From Basidiobolus ranarum (lineage: Eukaryota), in NCBI GenBank assembly GCA_040143965.1, contig JASJQH010000024.1, positions 1-46,356 of the forward strand: a stretch of DNA of 46,356 nucleotides. Direction: 5' to 3'. The position numbers were made by a program, and so were the translations under genes. Below are positions 1-10,607 of this stretch, piece after piece (within the stretch, counting starts at the first letter, position 1; every line of letters begins with the position of its first letter). A model generated the notes under the pieces. The model worked only from the letters and a program-made list of their open reading frames with translations. It did no database searches and was not told the origin of the DNA.

Positions 1-1
1 T

Positions 2-118
2 TAGTGTAATACTGAAAACATGCTTGCAGATATACTAACTAAACCACTCAAAACTTCAAGCTTTGAGAAGTTAAGAGCTGGCATAGGCATTAGTGAATAT
101 AGGCACAATGCTGAATAA
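2..118 (+). pseudogene. Ty1/copia pol 3' end (RNase H C-terminus), truncated by window edge
   Basis: Frame from nt 2 reads *CNTENMLADILTKPLKTSSFEKLRAGIGISEYRHNAE*. ADILTKPL is the hallmark copia RNase H motif. It is followed by a PPT and an LTR start. Confidence 0.88.
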
Positions 119-123
119 GAATT

Positions 124-132
124 AAGGGAAGG
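124..132 (+). mobile_element. Polypurine tract of copia element
   Basis: AAGGGAAGG directly precedes TGTTGGA (LTR start at 133) and follows the pol stop codon. Confidence 0.8.
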
Positions 133-449
133 TGTTGGATAATTGATCTTTATTCAACATCATAGTTAACTTTAGTTATGGTACATATATCAGAAACAGA
201 AAGCAACATATTTATAGCCCCTATATTCTAAATAGGAATGTCTCTACATCTATATAGCAAGTATGTCTTATTACCCCCACTTATCTATCATATCTTATTA
301 CACAAACTCCTGAATATGTTAAACAATTGACTTACTTTTCTACTATATAAGTCACCATATACTCTTAAGAATAAAGTGACTAAAACACACTATCATAAGT
401 TGCTTGTAATATACAAAGTCTGCCCCCATTATGTCAAGATCCTCCAATA
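133..449 (+). mobile_element. Ty1/copia 3' LTR (~317 bp)
   Basis: Begins TGTTGGA and ends TCCAATA; the second copy has the canonical TCCAACA. Contains CTATATAAG (343-351) and AATAAA (370-375). 234-447 matches the reverse complement of 46143-46356. Confidence 0.85.
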
Positions 450-612
450 ATGACATGTTAAAGTATTCTTTGAGCCTGTTGGAAGTGGTTTGTAGAATGA
501 GAAATTGGTGGTTCTCACTTATTGATTTATTGAGTAGAAAGTTGGCATTTATACTTTGGTCCAGATGTAGGCAAACTAACATAAATAATAAGTTAAAGGA
601 GATCTCAGAGAC

Positions 613-803
613 ATGTGTGCAAGGTTTGGGGCTTCCATCACAAGTTTGAAAAATTTGTATACTTGAGAACTTCTAAGTTGGTGCTAATATTCCAAGTAAA
701 TTCCAATCAAAAATAATGGGTAATATCTTAGTTCAATATAGGATAACTAAATACTAAGTTATATTTGACTATATAGGTGTTTAGGCAATGCTAACTTCAA
801 CCT
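613..803. repeat. Degenerate dispersed repeat, unclassified TE relic (copy 1)
   Basis: Direct-orientation similarity to ~45723-45894, with shared blocks AAGTTTGAAAAAT, TGAGAACTTCTAAGT, AACTAAATACTAAG and ACTATATAG.TGTTTAGGC. No CpG. Confidence 0.75.
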
Positions 804-1371
804 AACTATCCAACAAGGAATCTCCAGGTTGGGAAAAAAAGATACAAGTGGAAGAACACTAATGAAATGGTGGATTCTTTTTGAGCTGCAAGAACAATGT
901 AGCAAGGGAGATATTACTTTTCACATAGTAGCCCAATATTCTATGGAAGAGCATCTATATCTTGTCAGAATGTAATGAATTAAACAAAAGTAATTTTTTG
1001 TGTCCTGCAATGATTGCAGTAGAATATGTGTGAAGATTCTATCAAGACTTTTACCCAATAGTCAATGGATGATCCAGTGGACTAATAGATATGGTGGATG
1101 AAAATGATAAAATAAGATGCATGTTGTATCAACTCGCTTGAAAAGTGTGTTAGGTGGGTCTGATATACATTCATTATAGATATATAAATATACACATCCA
1201 ATGAAGCAGTCTAGGATTGGATTTAATACTAGTGAGATATATAAGTTGTAAAGTAAATAATATTTTCAAAGATCAATGACCAAAGCTTTATATAATCAAG
1301 TTTGCAACTTTGGGCCTATTCTAAAGATTAATTTTCAATATAGAGGGGAATGTTCTCGACTCAATTCGGAG

Positions 1372-2456
1372 TTAAATAAGTAACAATGATTTAGGATCAT
1401 AACCATGCTTAGCCAGATCATTTCTAGTTTCCAAAGGATCCTCTAAAGTTTGTTGAAGGAAGAATTCAAAGAAACCCTTCATTGTAAGACCCTGGGAATT
1501 CGAATCGAACATTTGACAAAGTTGTTGAAAGAAGGGTGGTGGTGGATGCATTCCGTTGGTTTGATATACAAATCCATCTAATTCTGACATATTCAACGCA
1601 CCATCATTATCTTTATCAAATTTACGGAAAATCCCCTCTAATACTGATTGTAATGGTTCACTTAACTCCGTTCCATCTAATAATGGTTGCTCGCCTTCCT
1701 CTCCTTCAATACCATCGAGTAATCCAACAATTTCTTGTTCAAGATCTAAAGTAATTCAAGTTAGTCATTCATTTGAGAAAGGGAATGAAGTTCAAGTTGA
1801 GTACTAACCATCGATAGGCTCATAGGACTCATCAATTGATTTTCCAATTTGAAGTAAAGTTAAAGCTTGATTTAAAGAATTAAGTAGGTAGCATATGAAA
1901 CCGAGTAAATGATAACACCCAGCGTTTCCAGGATAGAAATCTAAAGAAAGTTGGTGAGAAAAATTCACTTTACAGTCATCTTTTTTCAGACTTTACTTAC
2001 CCAAAATGGTGAAGATCTTTAAACAAGCTTCAACGAGAATGTTCATATCTTGTTGTTGTTGAAATGTTCTTAATAATTCTTGAACTTGAGTAAAAACATT
2101 GTTCGTTTGAGTTTCTTCGGAAACTTTGGCTTCTTGTAAATGGGTATATTTTTCCAAGAAGAACCCTTTCCAATCTTCGGGATTTAAGGTACTTTCTTCG
2201 GGAAGTTGAACTCCAGCCTCAGCTAATATACTTACAACTAAATTACGATCCCCGAAAATCTCCACATATTTACTAAAAGTGAAGTAACCAAGAATCAGTA
2301 AACATAGAATAAACCATGTTTCTTGCACATGCAAATATCCATGTGGTTGACTTACTTTTCCCAAAAATCCTGGGAATCGACGTCCTCCTCAGCATCGTTT
2401 ATGTCCAAACTATCATACAACTTGGAGAGCTCTTCTTCTGTGTATTTATCGTTCAT
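1372..2456 (-). CDS. Acidic protein with TPR-like segment and C-terminal EF-hand (4 exons)
   Basis: ATG at 2456 (MNDKYTEEEL...) and three GT-AG introns. Spliced product contains YPGNAGCYHLLGFICYLL (TPR-like), a canonical EF loop DKDNDGALNMSE, and GLTMKGFFEFF...DPLETRNDLAKHGYD. TAA at 1372-1374. Confidence 0.8.
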
Positions 2457-2567
2457 ATTTACTAACAAGGCACTAGGGATAGGAGAAAGTACCCGACAAT
2501 CCACTAAAAAGAGATAATTAAGGGGAGAAAAGAAAAAAAAAGGTAGCTTTTCAAACAAAGAATTTAT

Positions 2568-3406
2568 TTAAAAGGTTTTATAGGGTAAGAATTTCCCGTC
2601 AAGTGTGATCTTAACACGCTCTCCACCTCCAGGATTTTCAACCTAATAGTTGGATTTATAAGCAACCAATTACAGTAAGCATACGTTGATGGAAATGTAA
2701 ATACCTTCTCCACCTTTGTTTCAAAGTCGATAGCACTCATGATTCCATCACCAAACTAATGGAGAGCAGGAGAAGGTTAGTAGAAGAATTGAACGCCGAA
2801 TCTAGAGGCTCACCCTACCTTTTCATGAATAATAGACTTTAACGGATAGCCGTATACTTGTAGGATCTCATAGAGTCGGTACAAGGTAGGATCGGTGGGT
2901 GGAATAGCCATCAAACTAGAGATAATAAGGTTAGAACTATAGCCTTAAGGTTTAATGAATGAGTTAGTAACTCACCCGCCGCGATCTGGGAACCAGCTCA
3001 ACATCGATTCCTCGGTCAGTCTAACCTCAGTAAGTTTCAAGATTGATGCCAACTTCTTCATATCTTTTTCAGTGGGTTTGGCCTAAAGTAGATACGAACT
3101 TGTTAACTCTATTTCAACAAGAAGAGCCTTCCAACTGATTTACCTGTCCGTAAAAGACTGCAGCTACCCATACTTCGTTGCGTTCCATCTTTTTACCGAT
3201 ATCGTCGAAGCTTAAAGATGTAGACGTTAGTGTGCACTCCAGCGTTCACTTCAGACATCTTCGTAGAGTAAATACCTCAATCCAAGACTTTCCTTGGCTT
3301 CAAAAAGAGTACGACAGTAACGAGGCAACTTATTTCTAACTTCCTAGAAGAAATGGACATCAATCTCAAGGAAATATAATATCTAACCCTGCAAAAGACT
3401 CACCAT
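2568..3406 (-). CDS. CYN1: Cyanate hydratase (cyanase), 7 exons
   Basis: Spliced: [49 protein letters not shown]...[38 protein letters not shown]...[18 protein letters not shown]. Catalytic R/E/S motifs (YRLYE, MSAI) are intact. Missed by the ORF track. Confidence 0.96.
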
Positions 3407-3461
3407 GGCGTTCAATAAAGAATATACTATGATTATTGATAAACAGCTGCCGAGCCTTCGC

Positions 3462-3468
3462 TTATATA
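3462..3468 (-). promoter_or_regulatory. TATA box of cyanase gene
   Basis: CTATATAAG on the minus strand ~55 nt upstream of the ATG. Confidence 0.55.
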
Positions 3469-3894
3469 GGAGTAAGAATGAGAATGAATCTCATTACGAC
3501 TACATTTGATTGGTCTTCGTCCAACGTGAATACATCAGCCCATTTTCGATGTGCAGTATTGGCAGCATTCCAGGAATTCAAACTACGAACCTGGTAAATT
3601 TACTTCTGGTAGAAAAGCTGACGTCTGATATAATCATCGGGATTATGTATTTACAGACCATTTTTCTACGAATGATAACGCATTCCAAAAATGGTGCGCG
3701 GGAATTCAAATAGGGTTCGTTCTATTTGATACCTTTATAATCATCGTCACCGGAGATTAATAATATGTGGCTATATTTTATTTACGTCACTTACAAGGCA
3801 GAAAATCAGAGATAGGATCACAAATGGAAAGGGTTAAAGAAAGTGATGTTATCGGAAGACAAGGGAATTAGACATTTTGGATATGGGTAATCTA

Positions 3895-5108
3895 TTAAGC
3901 TTTCTTATCTTCTGCTTTTACACCAAGATCCTACGAAGATGGAAATCAAAATTGGTAAATTGGGATGTACATGCATGGTTGCCTAGAATAACACTTACTT
4001 TTAATTCGATTTCGTCAGCAAGTTTTTTGTACTCGTTCGATTCCCCTTCTACCTGTTTCTTCAGGGCATCAATGTCACGCTCATTCTTCTTTAATTCGGC
4101 GATTTCTTCTACGAGCTCAGCAATACGCTTCTTTTGTTTTTTATCATTTTCTTCCATACTATGAGCTTCTTTGTCAAGGCTTCCAGAGCTCTACAAAAAT
4201 TTAGCACTTCGTGAGCACATGTTATTTAGTATTTTGAAATGATTGATCTGGTTACCTGGCCTTTAATCTTCTCAAGCTTCTCCTCAGCTAGGAAGAGATC
4301 CATTAACATAGAGAAGGTACGATCAAGAATCCTACAATTTAGGTTTGAATATGGTTATGATTTTACCACCAGTATATAACCCAATACTTACAAGGAAAAG
4401 AATAGAGTGAACCCGGTCAAGTACCTGAGTAATAATAACAATAAAGCTTAGATCATGTACTTTTAGAGAATAGTTAATATCGGTTGGCTTACATGTTTCT
4501 TTGACTGTAGAATTTTTTCACATGGAGTTGAGTATCTGTGCGAGGATCAGATATATTCGCTTGTTCTGCCTCACTTGTGGCATTAATCATTCTATTTATA
4601 GAATCTAAAAGTACATATAAAGTTAACTCAGATATATATATATATATATATGTACTGGCAAACTTACCTGCAAAGAGGATAAAGACGAAACTAAACAATA
4701 GAAAGGAAAGAATAATTTTCAGTAAGAGAACCGTAATGACAAGAGAGTAAAACTATTCTCACACTCCAATGACATTGAGGATCCACTGGTTTTTCCTTAT
4801 CTACATAAACAGTTAGAGAATGTAGTAACTATATTCTTAAGTAAATGGTATTTACAATGCCTGAATCGTCAATTTTCATTAGAACAGCCCTCCGCCACTT
4901 TTGGGGAAAGGGGAACTATAAAAAAATCATGATATTAGTTACGTAGATAAAAACACTGTTATAGAGAGAGAAATACTTACCACCATAACAAGGAAAAGAG
5001 ACATCTGAAATTGATATACTTTTGAGTTAAAGAATTCGTATCCACTCAAAAGATATTACTTACCTCAGAAATAAGGAGGGCGAATACTAAGCTATAATAG
5101 AGTGCCAT
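3895..5108 (-). CDS. BAP31/BAP29 (Yet) family ER membrane protein, ~10 exons
   Basis: Spliced: MALYYSLVFALLISE|MSLFLVMV|FPFPQKWRRAV...FVFILFADSINRM...KKFYSQRNMYLTGFTLFLSLILDR..., then a coiled coil with IDALKKQVEGESNEYKKL, ending DLGVKAEDKKA*. FYxQRNMYLTGF is the family signature. Confidence 0.93.
4632..4651. repeat. (AT)n microsatellite in BAP31 intron
   Basis: About ten AT units in gatatatatatatatatatatg. Confidence 0.9.
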
Positions 5109-5512
5109 GATACCAAGGGTTTTCAGGTGATAATGGTTTACGGAGGTAGTTAAGTGAGAGACGGAAAAGCTGCTCTCCTAGGAAATGTAACGAATTTATT
5201 GTACTCACGAATTCTAGCATTTTTCTTCACTGTTCCTTTATGTATGCTATGTGACGTGTTCATCCATGACTACTGTTATTTCAAAGAAAGCCCAGTCAAA
5301 ACGCATGTGATTCCAAACGAATGTTGACGATACAAGCACTACCGGATGAGATCTCGATCTTGATTACTTTTAGTTAAAAATGATACCAAAAGTAGGAATT
5401 CGAATCAAACTTGTTGAAGATATTGTTTATTTAAATTTTCAATTTTGTACAGAGATTCATGGAGAATATTACAGGGAAGTTAGGGTGGAAATGCACTGAC
5501 TGAGGGATATGT

Positions 5513-7024
5513 TTAGAACATAATCAAGGCTGTATGCTTTTTCCCTTGGGGATAAACCAATAAAGAAGCCATGAAAAGTCCCATAGCAATGCTTAGAGCG
5601 ACTACGACCATTTGAAAAGCAAGTTGTGATCCATCGGAATTATTACCAAAGGCTCGTAGGAAACCTTTCACACCTAAGCTTCCAGGAACCAGTATCATCA
5701 CAGCTGCCAGTACTGCACCGAACCCAAATCGATTTGAGATACGTGCGTACATATTTCCAACCAGTGCGATAACAAAGGAGGATATTGCAGCAGAAACGGT
5801 GACATCCATAAACCGCGCTGTAAAATATGAAACAGTGTAACCAATGAAAACGAGCACCATCATGGGTGGCCATTGTTTAATGCTAGCATTCAATGACACG
5901 CAATATCCTACAGACAACATGGGTATCAGCAGAAAATCCCAGTAAGAGCTGACGGTGTCACACGTCTCACTTTTCACTGCTTCTGAGTCGATAGCACTCC
6001 ACGCTTGAGACCCAATATTTAGCCCAAACCCTAGCATGAATGCCATAACTAGAGCGTATACTAGGCGAATCACTCCAGAAATAGGGTTCTTAGAGGCGAG
6101 TTCTAATACGGCCGAGGTCAACTGTAACCCAGGCAACAGCAGAGTGACAGAAGAAACCACGACATTTATATAGCAAATGTGTCTATGTAAAGCAGTGGCA
6201 ATAAATGCACACATAATTGCAGCAGAGAGTTCAAACACGTTATGGTAACTGTATATCTTCTCCGATAATAAGGCCAAAGTTCCCACTCCAAAGCTAAGTC
6301 CGGCTCCGGTAACTGCATCTAGCCAACTGCCATTCAGTAAGGAAGGAGTCATGCAAAAGGAGCATAACGGGTACGTCAACAGTCGTATCCACCATGGCCA
6401 TGTTGGTGGAGAGGTAAGAAGGTCCTCCAAAGCGGCGTACGCATCCTTCAGCGTAGCCTTCTCGTGAATAACTTGTTTAGATAAGAAGTAAGTTTGCTCC
6501 AATTTGTTCATATGAAATCCTTCTACTGTTCTTATAATGTGGGTGTCACTTGTGTGAGTGTTGGAGTCCCAAAAAGAAATGAAAGTTACACCTGGCATAT
6601 GAGCCACGCTTGAATTCAAATTCAGTGCTTTAGAAGTTTCATACAAGTTCTGCTCCAACCGATGAGCAGGAGCTCCAAAGGTGATCATGGCTTTAGACAG
6701 TAATATTAAATAATCATGGTGAAGTAGAGTGTTCGCGATTTGGGTAGTTAATGAGATATGGTTTGAAAAGGGATCCAAGACATCGGAAAGGTTGTTTTGA
6801 GAATCAAATGAGGAATTAAGGTAGTTGGAGATATCGAGGTTATTTTGACACTCCAACTCTTGCAGATTGCAGGCCGAACGTGTTTTCCGCGGTCTATTTA
6901 AATAAAATTGATTACATTTGGCTCTATTCGCATTCCAACTAAGCAATTGAGAAGGAATACCTCCTTGACGCCCGTCAAGTCGATGTCGGTGGCCAGTGAT
7001 CTCCTCTATAATATATTTGTCCAT
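5513..7024 (-). CDS. ThrE/DUF1212 family (PRM10-like) putative threonine/serine exporter, ~10 TM, intronless
   Basis: Motifs LSKAMITFGAPAHRLE, LLLPGLQLTSAVLELASKN..SG..RL and MILVPGSLG. First ATG at 7024. Confidence 0.9.
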   Translation of the reverse strand: MDKYIIEEITGHRHRLDGRQGGIPSQLLSWNANRAKCNQFYLNRPRKTRSACNLQELECQNNLDISNYLNSSFDSQNNLSDVLDPFSNHISLTTQIANTLLHHDYLILLSKAMITFGAPAHRLEQNLYETSKALNLNSSVAHMPGVTFISFWDSNTHTSDTHIIRTVEGFHMNKLEQTYFLSKQVIHEKATLKDAYAALEDLLTSPPTWPWWIRLLTYPLCSFCMTPSLLNGSWLDAVTGAGLSFGVGTLALLSEKIYSYHNVFELSAAIMCAFIATALHRHICYINVVVSSVTLLLPGLQLTSAVLELASKNPISGVIRLVYALVMAFMLGFGLNIGSQAWSAIDSEAVKSETCDTVSSYWDFLLIPMLSVGYCVSLNASIKQWPPMMVLVFIGYTVSYFTARFMDVTVSAAISSFVIALVGNMYARISNRFGFGAVLAAVMILVPGSLGVKGFLRAFGNNSDGSQLAFQMVVVALSIAMGLFMASLLVYPQGKKHTALIMF

Positions 7025-8007
7025 CTGGAAAGTCAAAGGTGGACTGAGCTAGACTATTTAGAGATTCAGTACTGGATTGCAATGATGTGGAGGAACTGGT
7101 GCAGTATCTCCAGCTGGATGGAGAGGAGTAATGTTCGGATATATATATGTGTGTGTATGTGTATCAGATCTCTGGTATATACATGCGCATAAAGAGTCGA
7201 TATAAAACTGTGTTATAACAAACTGAGCAAATCACATCGACTCTAGCTTTCAACAATACGTCATTTACGTTGAGAATACTTGCAGGCATTCTTGCGCGCG
7301 ATGTACAGGCCATGATGAATATCTTCGCTGAAATAAGACTACAGCACTACCTATAATCACCAGCTATTATCACTGACTATTACCGAAGGAACCATCAAGC
7401 ATGCATGGTGTGCTTTAACCACGATCAATGTTGATTCTCGACTGTTCATGCAAAGGAAAGGTAAAAAATTATCTGATTTTAGAGAAGCATTACATGAAAT
7501 CATCGTATTTCCTATTCTGATCCTTATTATGTTTAGATTAGCTTCTTTTTGAATGTTAAAGTTGGCTTTGGTTCTGTGAAGCCGCTGTCACGGTCACCTA
7601 CTTGATTGGTGCCCTGACAGATTTAGTGAGACAACAAACGTAAGTTGCTGGAAGGAAGGCTTTTAATTTGTATCCATTGCCATTGCCATTACCATTGACC
7701 TGTGAACTCACTAATGACACAACCATCGCTAGAAAACCTTTCTCATCTATTTGCTTTGGTCTTAGTTCCATGTTTAGGATTGTTTGTATGTGGCTCACCA
7801 AGTGGCTCACTGCGAATCCAACTAAAGCCATTGAGTGATCAATTCAACTGAAATGGAAAAACCGAAATGGAAAAAATATATGCCAACCCGTTTGTTTTGA
7901 TTCCATTCAAACCCCGAGTCAGATGGCGATGTTGGTTTTCTAGTTGAAGACTACGTTAAACTCTAGCTCTATCTCCTAGTTCAGTATTCCATAACCCAAG
8001 AAAAGTC

Positions 8008-8823
8008 ATGACCGAACGTAGTAAGAAAGCTTCTACTGGCCCCATCGAGGCTTCCATTGTAGTTCCAACTTTCCGTGAGGTTGGTAATATTGAACAATTA
8101 ACAAAGAGAGTGTATGCTGCTCTTCAAGAGCACCAGATGGAGAACTCGACTGAGATTATCATTGTTGACGATAACTCTCGTGATGGTACTGAGGAACTAG
8201 TAAATAAATTAGCCAGTGAAGGATATCCCGTTCGCGTCATCGTAAGAACTACTGAACGTGGTCTTTCAAGTGCAGTATTGAGAGGTTTCAACGAAGCACA
8301 AGGTGAACTTCTCTTATGCATGGATGCTGATCTTCAACATCCTCCCGAAAAAGTCCCAGAAATGTTGCAAGCCATTGATACCGCTAAAACTGGTGCCGAA
8401 TTTGCTATTGGTACTCGTTACGCTTCCGATGAGTTTGTTGTTGACGAAAACTGGCCTGTGTATCGTCAAGTGATCTCCAAAGGAGCTCGTTTAATGGCCC
8501 GTCCTTTGACTCCTCTCTCTGATCCTATGACTGGTTTCTTCTCCATTCGTCGTGAGGCCTACCTTCGTGCTCGCGACGTTAATTCCGTCGGATTCAAGAT
8601 CTGTTTGGAACTCTATGTCAAGTCAGACATTCGCAAACATGCTGAAGTTCCAATTATGTTTGGTGTGCGTACTGTTGGTGAAAGTAAACTCACTGGTAAA
8701 GTTATCATTAACTACTTGAATCAGCTTCAAGAGCTTTATCGTTACAAGCATTCTGTCCTCTGTCTCGCAACTCTTACCTTGATCATCTTCCTCTTCTTTT
8801 ATATCTTATCTTTTTTCGCTTAA
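8008..8823 (+). CDS. DPM1: Dolichol-phosphate mannosyltransferase (GT2), S. cerevisiae-type with C-terminal TM
   Basis: Motifs IIIVDDNSRDGT, RTTERGLSSAV, MDADLQHPPE, SDPMTGFF, GFKICLEL and GESKL, plus a hydrophobic C-terminal helix. Intronless. Confidence 0.95.
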   Translation: MTERSKKASTGPIEASIVVPTFREVGNIEQLTKRVYAALQEHQMENSTEIIIVDDNSRDGTEELVNKLASEGYPVRVIVRTTERGLSSAVLRGFNEAQGELLLCMDADLQHPPEKVPEMLQAIDTAKTGAEFAIGTRYASDEFVVDENWPVYRQVISKGARLMARPLTPLSDPMTGFFSIRREAYLRARDVNSVGFKICLELYVKSDIRKHAEVPIMFGVRTVGESKLTGKVIINYLNQLQELYRYKHSVLCLATLTLIIFLFFYILSFFA

Positions 8824-9121
8824 ACTTTTCTTGAATACTACTTTCACTTTCTCGTTAATGTAAGAAATAAATAAATCTTAAGCTTTCAATAATCAACAAC
8901 TATTTGAGTGTAGATAGTCCAAGTTGATCTAGCAAACTAGAATAACACCAAAATAACTCAATACTTGTGCCTTGTGCAAATAAACAATATTCGATTTAGT
9001 CAATATTAGCATGGAATTCATGCTAATTTAGTCACATATTTGATTCAGCCAACATCCAAAAAAATCATTTAATTTTATAAAGGTTACTAAAAAATTTGTC
9101 TTTGTCGTTTATCTCTCTAAT

Positions 9122-10607
9122 ATGGTGTTCATGTATCGAATTCGCACTATTCCTTGCAGGAATTTGGGTCAAACTACTTTCTTTAAGTTAAGACCTACCG
9201 CCGCCGTCTTCGCTGCTTCGAAAAGGTTCTCTTCTTCTCTTCACCAAGAGACTTTCGAGGTGACTAAGGAGCAAGTTAAAGTGGAGGGGAAAGTGTATCC
9301 AACTGACGAATCGACCAATGTCACTGCTTCCATTTTATCAAAGGTCGGACGAAACTTGCATAATATACCAGAGCATCCTCTAGGCATTATTAAGTCTCTG
9401 ATATATTCCAAATACTCAAACTTCGATAAATTTGATTCTTTCAGTCCAGTTGTGACTACCAAACAAAATTTTGACGATTTACTCATTCCACCTGGACATC
9501 CAGGTAGAGCTCTGACCGATACTTATTACCTTAATAGTAATACTATGCTACGGACCCATACTTCCGCTCACCAATCCGGTGTTTTAGAGAGTGGAAGTAC
9601 GAAGTTCTTGGTGACTGCCGATGTGTATCGTCGTGACGAAATAGACGCCAGTCATTATCCTGTATTCCATCAAATGGAAGGTGCTCAACTTTTTGACATG
9701 AATAAAACCGCTGAACAAGTTCGCGAAGATATCGAGGCTCAAATAGCCCACTTCGGTGAGGATAAGGTGATCAGTATTAACACTCAAGATAACACGATTA
9801 TTACCGAAAAGAACCCTCTACAAGATTGCCATTCAGAGGAAGCGGCCCAGGCTACTATCGCCCATTTAAAGCATTCACTCAACTCTATGGTCCGAGAATT
9901 GTTCAGCGATGAGAAGGATCTTCAAGTACGCTGGATTGACGCATATTTCCCATTTACGAGTCCCAGTTGGGAGATGGAGATTTTGTATAAAGGCGAGTGG
10001 TTGGAGGTGTTTGGATGCGGTGTAATTAAACAAGAGATTTTGAACAACGCAGGACAAAAGGATAAAATTGGTTGGGCCTTTGGACTTGGTTTGGAGCGAT
10101 TGGCCATGGTACTTTTCGGTATCCCCGATATTCGTCTCTTCTGGAGTCAAGATGAACGCTTCCTAAGCCAATTCAAAGATAAGGAAATCGTGAAATTCAA
10201 GCCGTTCTCCAAACATCCATCGTGCACCAAAGACATTAGCTTTTGGGTAAATGAAACGTTTCACGAAAACGATTTTTGCGAAATGATCCGTGATATTGCT
10301 GGGGATCTGGTTGAAGATGTCAAATTGGTAAGTCTCTTTTCAGGATGGTTAGTTCTATAAACTCGATATTAATAATGACATGCCGTAGGTGGATAGCTTT
10401 ACCCATCCCAAGAATAAGAAGCAAAGTCTATGCTACCGTATCAACTATCGCTCCATGGACAGGTAAGTATTTTGTGAGAAGAGCCCTTCACCTTCCATTC
10501 ACTAACATGCCCTCCATTATAGGAATGTAACCAACGAGGAAATCAATGCCCTTCAGGAGACTGTTCGTAGCCAGGTTGCTGAGCAATTGAAGGTCACCTT
10601 ACGCTAA
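9122..10607 (+). CDS. MSF1: Mitochondrial phenylalanyl-tRNA synthetase (3 exons)
   Basis: Arg-rich presequence, [51 protein letters not shown] and an anticodon-binding domain. Introns 10328-10388 and 10463-10522; TAA at 10605-10607. Confidence 0.96.

Noticed and set aside
352-649. ORFs 352..582 and 431..649
   Set aside because: They overlap LTR and repeat sequence and show no protein motifs.
850-1050. Ty3/gypsy integrase HHCC relic (minus strand) or LINE zinc-knuckle relic (plus strand)
   Set aside because: Both readings need several frameshifts or stops and are mutually exclusive, so the region is left as an unclassified repeat.
7311-7376. Possible C/D box snoRNA (ATGATGA...CTGA)
   Set aside because: No terminal stem and no convincing 10+ nt rRNA-complementary guide.
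7670-7875. CCATTG/CCATTA tandem and GAAATGGAAAAA direct repeat upstream of DPM1
   Set aside because: These are short simple repeats, not a CRISPR-like array, and no function can be supported.
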